Positions 33,001 through 43,557 are shown, counted from the first letter of the stretch. The stretch: DNA of 64,000 nt from Gammaproteobacteria bacterium (GCA_009922595.1 RFVC01000001.1:63947-127946); one strand, 5' to 3'. Numbers and translations are program-made. The notes: a model not told the origin generated them from the sequence alone.

Positions 33001-33138
33001 TCTACGCAGTGGTGGACGCAGCTGGCCTCGGCCATTACATTCGGCCTGGCTTTTGCCACGGTCCTAACCCTGGTTATGACGCCCTGTATGCTCGTTTTGG
33101 GTGACAGGCTTGACGGCCGCAAAAAACACGCATCCTGA
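30001..33138 (+). CDS. RND family inner-membrane efflux pump (AcrB/AcrD/AcrF-type, 12 TM)
   Basis: 1045 aa with an FISRPRPV N-terminus, two large periplasmic loops and duplicated 6-TM halves. Apparent TTG start at 30001, overlapping the adaptor by 17 nt. No outer-membrane factor gene is adjacent. Confidence 0.9.
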   Translation: MNALINAFISRPRPVIMILVLLILAGVTSYVSVPKEAEPDIDIPQIYVNIIHEGISPEDAERLLLRPMETELRSIEGLKEIRATGSEGSGVLILEFDAGFDADQALTDVREKVDLARNELPADSEEPFVQEINTSLFPVLTVMLHGDVPERALVTIGRQLRDELEAIPGVLSADIGGDREELLEVIVDPVALESYNLNYADLISYVSRNNRLVAAGALDSGEGRFAVKVPGVIEDLQDLLTLPVKTDGLKTVAFEDVATVRRTFKDPTSFARLNGANSIALEITKRAGANILEVVDAVKATVTAASQLDEWPKNLQVTFTSDNSEQVRIMLNDLVNNVATAVILVMIVILGALGSRSAGLVGVAIPGAFLSGILVIYLMGYSMNIVVLFSLIMAVGMLVDGAIVVVELAERNMKNGYSPKLAFSEAAKRMAWPITASTATTLAVFMPLLFWPGLIGSFMKYLPITLLVTLSASLFMALLFVPTVGSLIRNKAEKPGLAGVDTITEVDVLEEGRQNLQQMDKFTATYISFVRRVLHMPMAVLGVAFAFLIGSFVLYSQFGRGVEFFTDVEPEFAVLNIHSRGDLSVYERDDLVREVENRILDMEEFESIYTRSGIALGNDIEEDIIGRIQLSLVDWELRRPAAQIMEDVRQRTADIPGIVVEPQVQESGITSGKPIQLELTALNTDLLPGAVDQLREGMSELGDFVDVTDSRPLPGIDWKMEVDRQEAARFGTDITTIGSAVQLITNGIMLGDYRPDDADDEVDIRVRFPETMRNIGMLDRLTVNSLMGNVPVSNFMTRQASPRVGNIQRTDGRRVLNIAADVPEDVLPDDKVQELEAWLEQGNLDPNVRVNFKGENEDQREAEQFLSQAFGVALFLMAIILVTQFNSFYQALLILSAVFFSTIGVLLGLLITGQPFSIVMSGIGVISLAGIVVNNNIVLIDTYNLIKKKGAEAIEAAVLTCSQRLRPVLLTTITTILGLLPMTLGMNFDLINRHIQIGGPSTQWWTQLASAITFGLAFATVLTLVMTPCMLVLGDRLDGRKKHAS

Positions 33139-33171
33139 AAAAAGTACTGAACGGTTGAAAGGCCCGGTTCA

Positions 33172-33690
33172 CTAATTCAGTGAGGTGTTGTCCATATTAA
33201 AAGTAAATTTAGCTATAACCCCGTTTACGTTCACCGTATAAGTCCCCGCCGGTAAATCCAGCACATCCAGAGTGACTGATGTTTCGAATGGGTCAGTCAC
33301 TGCTATGCATGACTCTGTGGGCCCAAGTTTTGTCTCTGCCAGGACGACCGTAAAAGTATTGTCGGCATAAGAGACGGCGGGATTAAGAAGTTCTGTACAG
33401 GGCACTGACTTGATGCCTTCCACGGCAACGCTGACCTGGAGCGGAAAGGATTTCGTGAGCATGATTTCGATATTCTCAATCAGGACTTTAGGCATTTTAT
33501 CTGCTGCTGCAATGAGCAGGGCACCTTCACCATTGTAGGTAAGGCGGATATCAATGTAGTAAGTCGTGTTGTCACCGGAGATGACCACGCCTTCGGGAAT
33601 TGTCATTTCACCGTTTGTGAAAACAGCCGGCTCTGCGAGAACTGATCCTGAGATAAGTAGTGCTGAAATTCCAGCCAGTGTGTGCCGCAT
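33172..33690 (-). CDS. secreted hypothetical protein (beta-rich, about 172 aa)
   Basis: Start at ATG 33690 with GGAG 8 nt upstream. Signal peptide MRHTLAGISALLISGSVLA-EP. No recognisable motif. Confidence 0.55.
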   Translation of the reverse strand: MRHTLAGISALLISGSVLAEPAVFTNGEMTIPEGVVISGDNTTYYIDIRLTYNGEGALLIAAADKMPKVLIENIEIMLTKSFPLQVSVAVEGIKSVPCTELLNPAVSYADNTFTVVLAETKLGPTESCIAVTDPFETSVTLDVLDLPAGTYTVNVNGVIAKFTFNMDNTSLN

Positions 33691-33765
33691 CGTCGAAACT
33701 CCTTTTATTTTTCGAGACATAATAAGGTTTTGGTTGGCGTTTACCGGTTTGCAGCTTAAAGGGTT

Positions 33766-34089
33766 TCAGGTTTGCCACTGGTAATGCTTCAGCGGGAAGC
33801 CTTTTCCTGAAAATAATATGCCTTCTTTCTCCAGTCGTGCTCTTTGCTTTTGCCAGGGTGCGCTGTGCATGGGAAATGAAAGCTCGCCCCTGCTATTGAT
33901 CACCCTATGCCATGGGAGCCTGGTGCCCTTGGGTAGGTTCTTTAGTGTTGTTCCTACATACCTGGCGTGATTGGGATAACCGGCTAGCATAGCCACCTGG
34001 CCATATGTGGCGACATTACCTTCCGGAATCGCGGCAACAATTTGCCAAATTGCCTCCTTCAGGCTTGAGGTTTGCACATTGACCCCCAT
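33766..34089 (-). CDS. alkyltransferase-like (ATL) protein, an MGMT-family DNA-binding domain without the acceptor cysteine
   Basis: IWQIVAAIPEGNVATYGQVA...LPWHRVIN aligns with E. coli YbaZ. The motif PWHRV replaces the PCHRV of active O6-alkylguanine transferases. Confidence 0.85.
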   Translation of the reverse strand: MGVNVQTSSLKEAIWQIVAAIPEGNVATYGQVAMLAGYPNHARYVGTTLKNLPKGTRLPWHRVINSRGELSFPMHSAPWQKQRARLEKEGILFSGKGFPLKHYQWQT

Positions 34090-34122
34090 ACAGGATTAAA
34101 CCATTCAAAAAAGCTTTGCCGC

Positions 34123-34620
34123 ATGCGTCTATTATTTCTGATTTTTATCGCTGTTCCTATTCTCGAGATGCTGCTGCTTTTTAAAGTTGCAGACCATATC
34201 GGCGGACTCAATACGGCAGTTCTTGTGGTGCTGACGGCAGCCATTGGCATCCAGGTCTTGAGACAACAGGGTCTTTCCACGATTACCCGCGCCCAGCAGC
34301 GCCTGGACAGTGGAGAACTGCCGGGTCAGGAAATCATGGAAGGGCTGTTCCTGGCTATCGGCGGCGCGTTTTTGCTCACACCTGGATTTATCACGGACAC
34401 GCTGGGTTTTATTTTTTTGATTGGGCCAACCCGTAAGCAGCTGGTGCGATGGCTCATCAAGTCCGGAAAAATAGCGATGTTTAGCAGCCGCAGCGGCAGT
34501 TCATCCTTTACCTATACGCATTTTTCTAGCGCCCGCCAGGAACGCGATGGCGTTTACGAAGGGGAGTATTCCCGGGAAGAAGAGCGGCCTAATTCCCTGA
34601 ACAAACCGGAAAATCACTAA
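34123..34620 (+). CDS. fxsA: FxsA family inner-membrane protein
   Basis: MRLLFLIFIAVPILEMLLLFKV N-terminus and LLTPGFITDTLGF motif. The start is at ATG 34123; the track ORF from 34072 overlaps the divergent ATL gene. Confidence 0.85.
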   Translation: MRLLFLIFIAVPILEMLLLFKVADHIGGLNTAVLVVLTAAIGIQVLRQQGLSTITRAQQRLDSGELPGQEIMEGLFLAIGGAFLLTPGFITDTLGFIFLIGPTRKQLVRWLIKSGKIAMFSSRSGSSSFTYTHFSSARQERDGVYEGEYSREEERPNSLNKPENH

Positions 34621-34665
34621 TTTCGGCAAACGGGCAACTTTTTTTAATCTTTTTCAGTTTTTTTA

Positions 34666-34693
34666 TTGAAATTGCACTAAACAGCCCCATGTT
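34666..34693 (+). promoter_or_regulatory. sigma-32 (heat-shock) type promoter for groES-groEL
   Basis: TTGAA (34666-34670), a 14-nt spacer, then CCCCATGTT (34685-34693). This matches the CTTGAA-N13-15-CCCCATNT consensus, about 180 nt upstream of groES. Confidence 0.55.
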
Positions 34694-34872
34694 TGTGCCT
34701 GTATCTGGGAACAGAAGTTTGTAAAGACTGTAATTCCGGTATTTAAAGGATTTTTGGAGATCTCTTGCAGAAACCAAAGATTACTTGAAGCAGTGGAGCT
34801 ATTCCGTTGCTTCACTGAAAAAACTAAAGACATTAACCAGTTTTATTACTCAAGAGTGTTGGAGACATAAGT

Positions 34873-35163
34873 ATGAACATTCGTCCGTTACAAGACAGAG
34901 TCGTCGTGAAACGAAAAGAAGAAGAAACTACAACTGCCGGTGGCATTGTTTTACCTGGCTCTGCGACTGAAAAACCTTCACAGGGTGAAGTTGTGGCAGT
35001 AGGCCCGGGTCGTCTGCTGGATAACGGGGATGTTCGCCCCCTAGACCTGAAAGTGGGTGACATAGTCATCTTTGGCAAGTACGCCAGCAACACTGTCCAG
35101 ATCGACGATGAAGAATTACTGATTCTGAATGAAAGTGAAATCTTTGGTGTAGTTGAAGGCTAA
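34873..35163 (+). CDS. groES: co-chaperonin GroES
   Basis: [14 protein letters not shown]...GGIVLPGSA, 96 aa. Confidence 0.98.
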   Translation: MNIRPLQDRVVVKRKEEETTTAGGIVLPGSATEKPSQGEVVAVGPGRLLDNGDVRPLDLKVGDIVIFGKYASNTVQIDDEELLILNESEIFGVVEG

Positions 35164-35210
35164 TCCAGCTTCCCATCAATAAACCTATTCATTCACATAA
35201 CGAGATTTAA

Positions 35211-36863
<1,653 letters not shown>

Positions 36864-36880
36864 CCAAATCCCAAGCTATA

Positions 36881-36907
36881 AAAAACCCCGCTCTAGCGGG
36901 GTTTTTT
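36881..36907 (+). terminator. rho-independent terminator of groESL
   Basis: AAAAACCCCGC-TCTA-GCGGGGTTTTTT: a GC stem at 36886-36891/36896-36901 followed by a T-run. Confidence 0.88.
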
Positions 36908-36952
36908 GTGCCCGGGTATTGCTGTGGCTACTGCGCTCACCAAAATGGCGTT

Positions 36953-37014
36953 AGAAAATTTTTTCAAACCGGTTACATACTGCTTGCATACACCCGGCTC
37001 TGAAAAAATTTTCT
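36953..37014. repeat. long AT-rich inverted repeat (14-bp arms plus a CCGG/CCGG extension)
   Basis: AGAAAATTTTTTCA (36953-36966) is the exact reverse complement of TGAAAAAATTTTCT (37001-37014). CCGG at 36969-36972 can pair with CCGG at 36994-36997. Confidence 0.6.
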
Positions 37015-37306
37015 GTCTTGCCTTAACTTTCCTCGCTACGCCATCAGCTCAGACTAATGATTGAGATTTCGGTATGCCAGAAATTTAATCTGGAGTACAA
37101 CTAATAACATAGTTCTAAATTAAGATTTAGACATCTAACCTGTTACTGCCCGTTGCCTCTTTTGAGCTTTTGAGGGTATTCGTGCGTCAAAGGCTATAGA
37201 AAACACTGTAGGTTTTTAATCTATCAGTCTAATTTCACTGAAAATTAATCCTCTAAAAATGTGAATTGGATTTTTTCTTAACCTAAAAAACCCTATAATA
37301 AATGGC

Positions 37307-38068
37307 ATGTCAGATAACGATCATATCGAAGACATCCCCAGCATCGTACCCGAGCACGACGAACTGGCTTCCCACCGCAAGATGAGGCGCGGAACCTCCG
37401 TGCCCGTGCTGGAAGACGTGGTCTCAATGGGCACCAGTGGGGGAGTGAAATTCCTTCTCACAGTTCTGGTCATCGGCCTTCTGGCGACCGGGGGTGCCGG
37501 ATATTATTTTTATCTTAGCAGTCTAAAAATGCAGGAGTCACTGGTCGAAGCGCAGGGGCGTATCCAGCAGCTACAGAGCCGGCTCAACCTGGTAGATGAA
37601 AGTGCCGAACAGTCCTCAATGGGGCTTCTTGAAAGGGTGGATGCCAATTTCACCCAGATTGACCTGCTCTGGGCCAACTACCGCAACCACACGGCCGACC
37701 TGGCTGAACTGAACCGTTTCGTGGAGCAGGCCAAGTCGACAATCACGTCCATTGAGGGAGCGCTGTCCGGCCAGAGCAAAACCCTGAATGAAACAACCGC
37801 CCAGCTCAACAATATACAAATCCGCTTAGAAAATTTTAGCAATAACATTGCCGGCATGGATGACCTGGATTCCCAGCTTAGCAGCATTCTGTCCGATCTC
37901 AACGGAGTGAAAACGAACGTGGCCTCACTTCAGAGTGGACTGGTCAGCAGGGTTAATTCAACTGAGCAGGATATTGAGTCCATCAATGTCTATAGGCTGC
38001 AGCTGAACCAGACCCTCAACCAAATCCAGAGCCGAATCAACGAGCTCCAGCAGCGAGTAGGCCCCTAA
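37307..38068 (+). CDS. hypothetical single-pass membrane protein with a long extracytoplasmic coiled coil
   Basis: Acidic N-terminus, TM helix FLLTVLVIGLLATGGAGYYFYL, then about 180 aa of Q/L/N/S-rich heptad-like sequence. No family recognised. Confidence 0.6.
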   Translation: MSDNDHIEDIPSIVPEHDELASHRKMRRGTSVPVLEDVVSMGTSGGVKFLLTVLVIGLLATGGAGYYFYLSSLKMQESLVEAQGRIQQLQSRLNLVDESAEQSSMGLLERVDANFTQIDLLWANYRNHTADLAELNRFVEQAKSTITSIEGALSGQSKTLNETTAQLNNIQIRLENFSNNIAGMDDLDSQLSSILSDLNGVKTNVASLQSGLVSRVNSTEQDIESINVYRLQLNQTLNQIQSRINELQQRVGP

Positions 38069-38079
38069 CTTAGCAGCTA

Positions 38080-39081
38080 TTATTCCTGGTCCAGGTGTTC
38101 TTCAAAGAACGAAAGGACATTATCAATAAAACGTTGTCCGATCCGGTTGCCGTGGTTGCCTTCATAGATCTCGTAATTATGCTCTATACCGAGCCTCGCC
38201 ATTGCCGCTGATAACTGGGTATTGGTCGCTTCCAGTCCGTCCTCGTCGCCGACATCAAGAAAAATACCTCGATACTGCTGCAGCGCCGGAACATACTGGT
38301 CTACGAAAACCAGGGGAGAGTTGGCCGTCCATTTCCTTGAGACTAGTGGAAGTTCTTCGCCATCCTGGTATGGAAAATCAAAATAGTAGGGTGGATTGTC
38401 AGGGTTGGGCGCCCAGGCCGCTGCCTGTGCCTGCATTACGTTATCAAAGGTGCCGGCCTGGTAGCCTTCAAAATCATCCGCCATGCGTTCATTTTGCACC
38501 TCCACGGCTTCAAGAGAAGGAGCATTGTTGAGCAGGCAGCAGGAGCTCATGGCATAGAGTGCGGCAAAAATACCCGGGTACTTCATGCCGATGCGCAATG
38601 TACCGTACCCGCCCATGGAGTGACCGCTTAGGCCACGGCTGCCGGGTTTGCCAATTGTGCTGTAATTAGCATCGATATAAGAAACAAGATCCCTAACGAT
38701 CCAGCTTTCCCAGTCGCCGATGGCAGGTGAGTTGGAATACATACTGCCCCCGTACTTGTTGAAAGCATCGGGCATGACCATGATCACTTCCCTGGCCCCG
38801 TCTGCCATGGCGGCATCAGCCATCTCAGGAAAGCGCAGTACTCTTTCTATATAAGCGTCAGCTCCCACCGCATAACCATGCAGAAAATAAACTACGGGAT
38901 AGCGCTTATCTGACTCGCCGTAACCGGGTGGCAGATAGACAAAAACATCCCTGTACGGGCTGTCTCCCGTTAGATTGCCTTCAAGGGAAGGGCTGTGAAC
39001 CTTGATTAATTCCAGTGAACCTTGGGCGACAGCCTGTGTGGCCAGCACAAGGGTAAAAACCAGCGTCAGTATCTTTCTCAT
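38080..39081 (-). CDS. secreted alpha/beta-hydrolase, putative esterase family (esterase D / enterochelin-esterase-like)
   Basis: Signal peptide MRKILTLVFTLVLATQAVAQG. YPVVYFLHG and the nucleophile elbow GLSGHSMGGYG. The start is set at ATG 39081; the upstream extension has no signal peptide. Confidence 0.75.
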   Translation of the reverse strand: MRKILTLVFTLVLATQAVAQGSLELIKVHSPSLEGNLTGDSPYRDVFVYLPPGYGESDKRYPVVYFLHGYAVGADAYIERVLRFPEMADAAMADGAREVIMVMPDAFNKYGGSMYSNSPAIGDWESWIVRDLVSYIDANYSTIGKPGSRGLSGHSMGGYGTLRIGMKYPGIFAALYAMSSCCLLNNAPSLEAVEVQNERMADDFEGYQAGTFDNVMQAQAAAWAPNPDNPPYYFDFPYQDGEELPLVSRKWTANSPLVFVDQYVPALQQYRGIFLDVGDEDGLEATNTQLSAAMARLGIEHNYEIYEGNHGNRIGQRFIDNVLSFFEEHLDQE

Positions 39082-39223
39082 AAACAGATGCCTTGAAGGA
39101 TCGTAATTACGGGTAAAAAGTAAAGAAAGTAGGGTGTTTAAGCAACGTAAAATAATTCTGCTTAGCTTGCAAGCCACTTAAAAGGGTAGTAATTTCTAAG
39201 AAAGAGCGGTTTGAGAGGAAGCC

Positions 39224-41620
39224 ATGTTCATAAAGAGAGTAATCTCATTCGCAATCCTGGTGCTTGGGATTCTTGCCATGTGTGTTGGCCAGGTCTATGC
39301 CCAGGATAGTCGTTCCGACCGGCAGCAGTTGTCTCGCATTGAGGAATACTGTGTGGGTTGCCACAACTTTGAGGACTACGCCGGCAGCTTTGACCTGGAA
39401 ACTATACTCGGGGACGACATTGCCTCCCACGCGGAGGAATGGGAAAAAGCCATCCGTAAACTCCGTGCCGGCATGATGCCGCCACCGGGACAGGATCGTC
39501 CACGGGATCGTGACTACCTGCGCCTGACCGAATGGCTGGAAAATAAGATTGATGCCCAGGCAGAAATTAATCCTGGCACCAAGACCCTGCACCGAATGAA
39601 CCAGAGTGAGTATGCAAATGTCATCTCTGAGCTGCTGGGCATTGAAATTGACCCTTCCCTTTACCTGCCCGCTGATTCTTCGGCTCGCGGTTTCGATAAC
39701 CAGGCAGGCTCACTTACGATATCACCAACATTGCTTGAAGCCTATACGCGGGCGGCGTCCCGAATTGCCAAGATGGCCGTGGGTACCTGGAACTCTCCCA
39801 CAGAGATGACCTATATCGTCGATGCCGACAACTCCCAGAATGTTCAGTTGCCCGACATGCCCCTCAACACGCGTGGCGGCATCGCGGTTGAACATAATTT
39901 TCCGGCTGACGGTGAGTACAGTTTTTCTATGCAGAACTTTGGCCTTGGCAGCTACATCCCCGGGGAAAAACTGGAAATTAGTATTGATGGTGAGCGGGTT
40001 CATCTTTTTGACTATACCGGCCTTGGCATCTTTGTTGGTATGGGCGGTGACCATGACGGTTCACTGGATGTCACGCTGCCGGTTAAAGCCGGGACGCACA
40101 AGGTAGGGGCGACTTTTGTGGCCACCAATTTTCGTCCTGATATTGGCCTGATCCAACAGTATGACCGCAAGTCCATCGAGAATAATGACCTGCCCCAGGT
40201 GCAATATCACCCTGCCATTGGCATGCTTAAAATTTCCGGCCCCTTTAATGCTGAGAAATCCACCGACTCTGTCAGTCGCGAGAAAATTTTTGTCTGCAGT
40301 CCTGCCAATGCTGATGAGGAACCCCAATGCGCCAAACATATCATCATGACGCTCACCGGCAAGGCCTTCAGGCGCCCTGTTTCGGAACAGGACATTGCTC
40401 CCATGATGGCTTTTTATGAAGAGGGCAGAACAGGTGCGACTTTTGATGACGGTATTGAGCTTGCCTTGCGTCGCCTGCTGGTAGACCCGGAATTCCTGGT
40501 AAGGCGTGAACATGAACCGGAGGATATTCAAGCCGGTGAGACATACCAGCTTACCGACCTTGAGTTGGCCTCCCGGCTTTCCTTTTTTCTCTGGAGCAGT
40601 ATTCCTGATGAAGAATTGATCGACCTGGCCTCAAGGAGCCGTCTGAGTGACCCCGAGGTACTTGAAGCGCAAGTCAGGCGAATGCTCGATGATCCAAGGG
40701 CTCATGCCCTGGTGAAAAACTTCGGCCAGCAATGGTTATACCTGCGCAACCTTCCCACAACGTCGCCCGATGGCATCTTTTTTCCTGATTGGGATGCTGA
40801 GCTCAGGCATGCCTTCAAGCAGGAAACTGAACTGCTCTTTGAAAGTATTATCCGGGAAGACCGCAGCATTCTGACGCTTCTGGACGCTGACTATACTTTC
40901 GTTAACGAACGTCTTGCAAAACACTACGGCATTCCCAACATCTACGGCGCTCACTTTCGTCGCGTAGAGTTGGGACCGGAGCTTGATTACCGCCGTGGCA
41001 TCCTTGGACAGGGCAGTTTTCTGGCCCTGACCTGGGCAGAAAATTTCCGCACCTCACCGGTAAAACGCGGTGTGTGGGTACTGGAAAACCTGCTGGGCAC
41101 GCCGCCGCCGGCGCCGCCTGCCAACGTGCCGGCGCTCGAGGAAACAGGGGAAAACCAGATCAACACGCTGCGCGATCAGCTCACCCTGCACAGGCAGAAC
41201 GAACCCTGCGCCACCTGCCATGCCATCATGGACGGCATAGGATTTGCTCTTGAGAATTTCAATGCCGACGGCAAGTACCGCAAGATGGCAGGACACCCGC
41301 GTCAGTTTGGCGGAGTTGCCTCTCCTATTGATGCCACCGTTGAGCTGTGGGATGGCACCGTCGTGGATGGACCGGCGGGATTGCGCGAGCAGCTGCTTAA
41401 GTATTCCCCGCAGTTTGCCCGTTTTGCCGTTGAGAAACTTATGACCTACGGAGTGGGCCGCGGTACCGAGTATTACGATATGCCGGTCGTCAGGCAGATC
41501 GTCAGCAATTCCGAGTCTGACAATTACAGTTTTTCATCCCTGGTGCTTGGCGTAGTCAACAGTCCACAGTTCCAGATGAGGGTGAAAACAGAAGCGAATG
41601 AAAATCTCGCCAGCAACTGA
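39224..41620 (+). CDS. secreted haem-binding protein of the DUF1587/DUF1595/DUF1592/DUF1588/DUF1585 type (planctomycete PSD/PSCyt domains)
   Basis: Signal peptide. CVGCH at 39350-39364. LASRLSFFLWSSIPDEEL, TSPVKRGVWVLENLLGTPPPAPP, and CATCH (41207-41221) followed by GIGFALENF. Family recognised from memory. Confidence 0.8.
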   Translation: MFIKRVISFAILVLGILAMCVGQVYAQDSRSDRQQLSRIEEYCVGCHNFEDYAGSFDLETILGDDIASHAEEWEKAIRKLRAGMMPPPGQDRPRDRDYLRLTEWLENKIDAQAEINPGTKTLHRMNQSEYANVISELLGIEIDPSLYLPADSSARGFDNQAGSLTISPTLLEAYTRAASRIAKMAVGTWNSPTEMTYIVDADNSQNVQLPDMPLNTRGGIAVEHNFPADGEYSFSMQNFGLGSYIPGEKLEISIDGERVHLFDYTGLGIFVGMGGDHDGSLDVTLPVKAGTHKVGATFVATNFRPDIGLIQQYDRKSIENNDLPQVQYHPAIGMLKISGPFNAEKSTDSVSREKIFVCSPANADEEPQCAKHIIMTLTGKAFRRPVSEQDIAPMMAFYEEGRTGATFDDGIELALRRLLVDPEFLVRREHEPEDIQAGETYQLTDLELASRLSFFLWSSIPDEELIDLASRSRLSDPEVLEAQVRRMLDDPRAHALVKNFGQQWLYLRNLPTTSPDGIFFPDWDAELRHAFKQETELLFESIIREDRSILTLLDADYTFVNERLAKHYGIPNIYGAHFRRVELGPELDYRRGILGQGSFLALTWAENFRTSPVKRGVWVLENLLGTPPPAPPANVPALEETGENQINTLRDQLTLHRQNEPCATCHAIMDGIGFALENFNADGKYRKMAGHPRQFGGVASPIDATVELWDGTVVDGPAGLREQLLKYSPQFARFAVEKLMTYGVGRGTEYYDMPVVRQIVSNSESDNYSFSSLVLGVVNSPQFQMRVKTEANENLASN

Positions 41621-41640
41621 CTGGCCGAGGAGGAAACGCG

Positions 41641-42969
41641 ATGAAATTTATTACCCAAAAAAAACTTCCCCGGAGAACCTTAATTAAATCGGCCGGCGTC
41701 AGTGTGGGCCTTCCGCTACTAGATGCCATGGTGCCGGCCTTTGCCCAGTCAGCACCAACGCCGCCGAAACGTTTTGTAGGCGTCTGGCATCCCCATGGTG
41801 TGGCACCTGGTTACTGGAGTCCGACAACCGCGGGAAGGGATTTTGAATTTTCCTACGTGACCAAGCCGATGGAAAACTTACGCGACTACGTTACGCTTAT
41901 TAGCGGACTCGATATTCCCGAGTGCTATTCCACCGAAGAGGAACCGGGTGGCAACCACGCTCGCGGTGCTGCGATTTTTTCCGGTGCGCGTCCGCGACGT
42001 AACGCGGTGGCCCCATATCTGGGCGTGACGATTGACCAGTTGATTGCTCAGGAATACGGCCGTGACACGATTCTTTCCTCTATCCAGTTGGGTGTTGAGG
42101 ATGCCGGCAACTACGGCAACTGCAACTGGGGCTATAACTGTGCCTACACCAATTCTATGTCCTGGATTTCACCCACCGAGCCTTTGCCCACGGAAATTAA
42201 TCCTAGGGTGGCCTTCGAGCGTCTCTTTGGCACCGGCGGTAGTTCAGAAGAGCGCCGTCGCGGTCGCTCACTGGATGCTTCTATCCTGGATTCGGTGGCG
42301 GAAAAAATTCCGGAATTGAAACGGGAGCTGGGCAGCGGTGACAAGGTCAGGCTGGATACTTACCTGGATAATATCCGTGAGCTGGAACGTCGTATACAGA
42401 TTGCCATCAACAGCGGCGTGGAAGAGCCCACTGAGGAAGTGCCTTTCGGTATTCCCCAAAGCAAGGATACTCATTTCCGCCTCATGTTTGACCTGATAGC
42501 CCTGGCGTTTGAAGGGGATCTGACCCGCTCTGCAACAATGATGCTGGGTCGTGACCTAAGCGGCTTCAGTTTTCCTGAATCCGGTTCAACAGGGGCATGG
42601 CATGGATCTAGTCACCATGGCGATAAGCCTGACAATATCGCCAACTATGCCCGAATGAACCGCTATCACTTCAGTTTGGTAGCCGAGTTCCTTGAAAAAC
42701 TGCACGCCATGCCGGAGGGGGATGGCAACGTGCTTGATCATTCCTTGATGTACATGGGCAGCAACATGGGCAACTCCCACCGCCATGCCCATGAGAAGAT
42801 ACCGGTTACACTGGTTGGTAAAATCGACGGCACTTTCCAGGGCAACCGCCACATCGTGTTCCCCGATAACACGGAAAAGCATGCCAACATGCTGCTTAGC
42901 TTACTTCACCTCTATGGCATTGAGCGCAACAGCATCGGCGGCAGCACACACCTTTTGCCCATTGCCTGA
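41641..42969 (+). CDS. Tat-exported DUF1552 family protein
   Basis: Twin-arginine leader KKLPRRTLIKSAGVSVGLPLLDAM and a conserved GAWHGSSHHGD motif. The usual partner of DUF1592-type genes. Confidence 0.8.
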   Translation: MKFITQKKLPRRTLIKSAGVSVGLPLLDAMVPAFAQSAPTPPKRFVGVWHPHGVAPGYWSPTTAGRDFEFSYVTKPMENLRDYVTLISGLDIPECYSTEEEPGGNHARGAAIFSGARPRRNAVAPYLGVTIDQLIAQEYGRDTILSSIQLGVEDAGNYGNCNWGYNCAYTNSMSWISPTEPLPTEINPRVAFERLFGTGGSSEERRRGRSLDASILDSVAEKIPELKRELGSGDKVRLDTYLDNIRELERRIQIAINSGVEEPTEEVPFGIPQSKDTHFRLMFDLIALAFEGDLTRSATMMLGRDLSGFSFPESGSTGAWHGSSHHGDKPDNIANYARMNRYHFSLVAEFLEKLHAMPEGDGNVLDHSLMYMGSNMGNSHRHAHEKIPVTLVGKIDGTFQGNRHIVFPDNTEKHANMLLSLLHLYGIERNSIGGSTHLLPIA

Positions 42970-43544
42970 TGAAAAAATTGCTAAATAAAGTCGGTGTTTT
43001 GGTATCGCTGCTGCTGACACTGGTGCTTTGTACCCATGTGCTAGGTCAAATTCGCCGCCCGCCGACCTGGCCGGATATCGCCTTACCCGGTGGTCCCGTG
43101 CGTGACGTCATCCTAGATAACTGCACGTCTTGTCACGGCATTGATGATTACGCGTTTTATGCCCTGGATCGGGATGGCTGGGATGCATTGATCGACGAAA
43201 AACACCATGGTAACAATTCGGTCTCCCTGGCATCAGATGAAGAGGAATTGTTGCTGGATTTCCTGGTTGAAACCCTGGGACCTGAATCCATCCCGTTTCC
43301 ACGTGATTACGTGCCGCCAGAGATAGATAAATTTTTTACTGATGCCGATGCCAGAATTTTCATGGAGGTGCGCTGTATTTCCTGCCACTCCTTGGATTCG
43401 GTTTTTAATACCCGGCTCAGCGAGGAAGGCTGGCGTGTGGCGCTGGTCAATGAAAGAGAGCGCGGTGCCGAACTCAATGACGAGGAACTGGAGCGTCTCA
43501 CCGAATGGCTGGGACGGGTTCGCGGCGTAAACCTGTTCGAATAA
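42969..43544 (+). CDS. secreted di-CxxCH (dihaem c-type cytochrome-like) protein
   Basis: Signal peptide. CTSCH at 43122-43136 and CISCH at 43374-43388, in two similar half-modules. The start overlaps the upstream stop (TGATG). Confidence 0.7.
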   Translation: MKKLLNKVGVLVSLLLTLVLCTHVLGQIRRPPTWPDIALPGGPVRDVILDNCTSCHGIDDYAFYALDRDGWDALIDEKHHGNNSVSLASDEEELLLDFLVETLGPESIPFPRDYVPPEIDKFFTDADARIFMEVRCISCHSLDSVFNTRLSEEGWRVALVNERERGAELNDEELERLTEWLGRVRGVNLFE

Positions 43545-43557
43545 ACGGTATATCACT

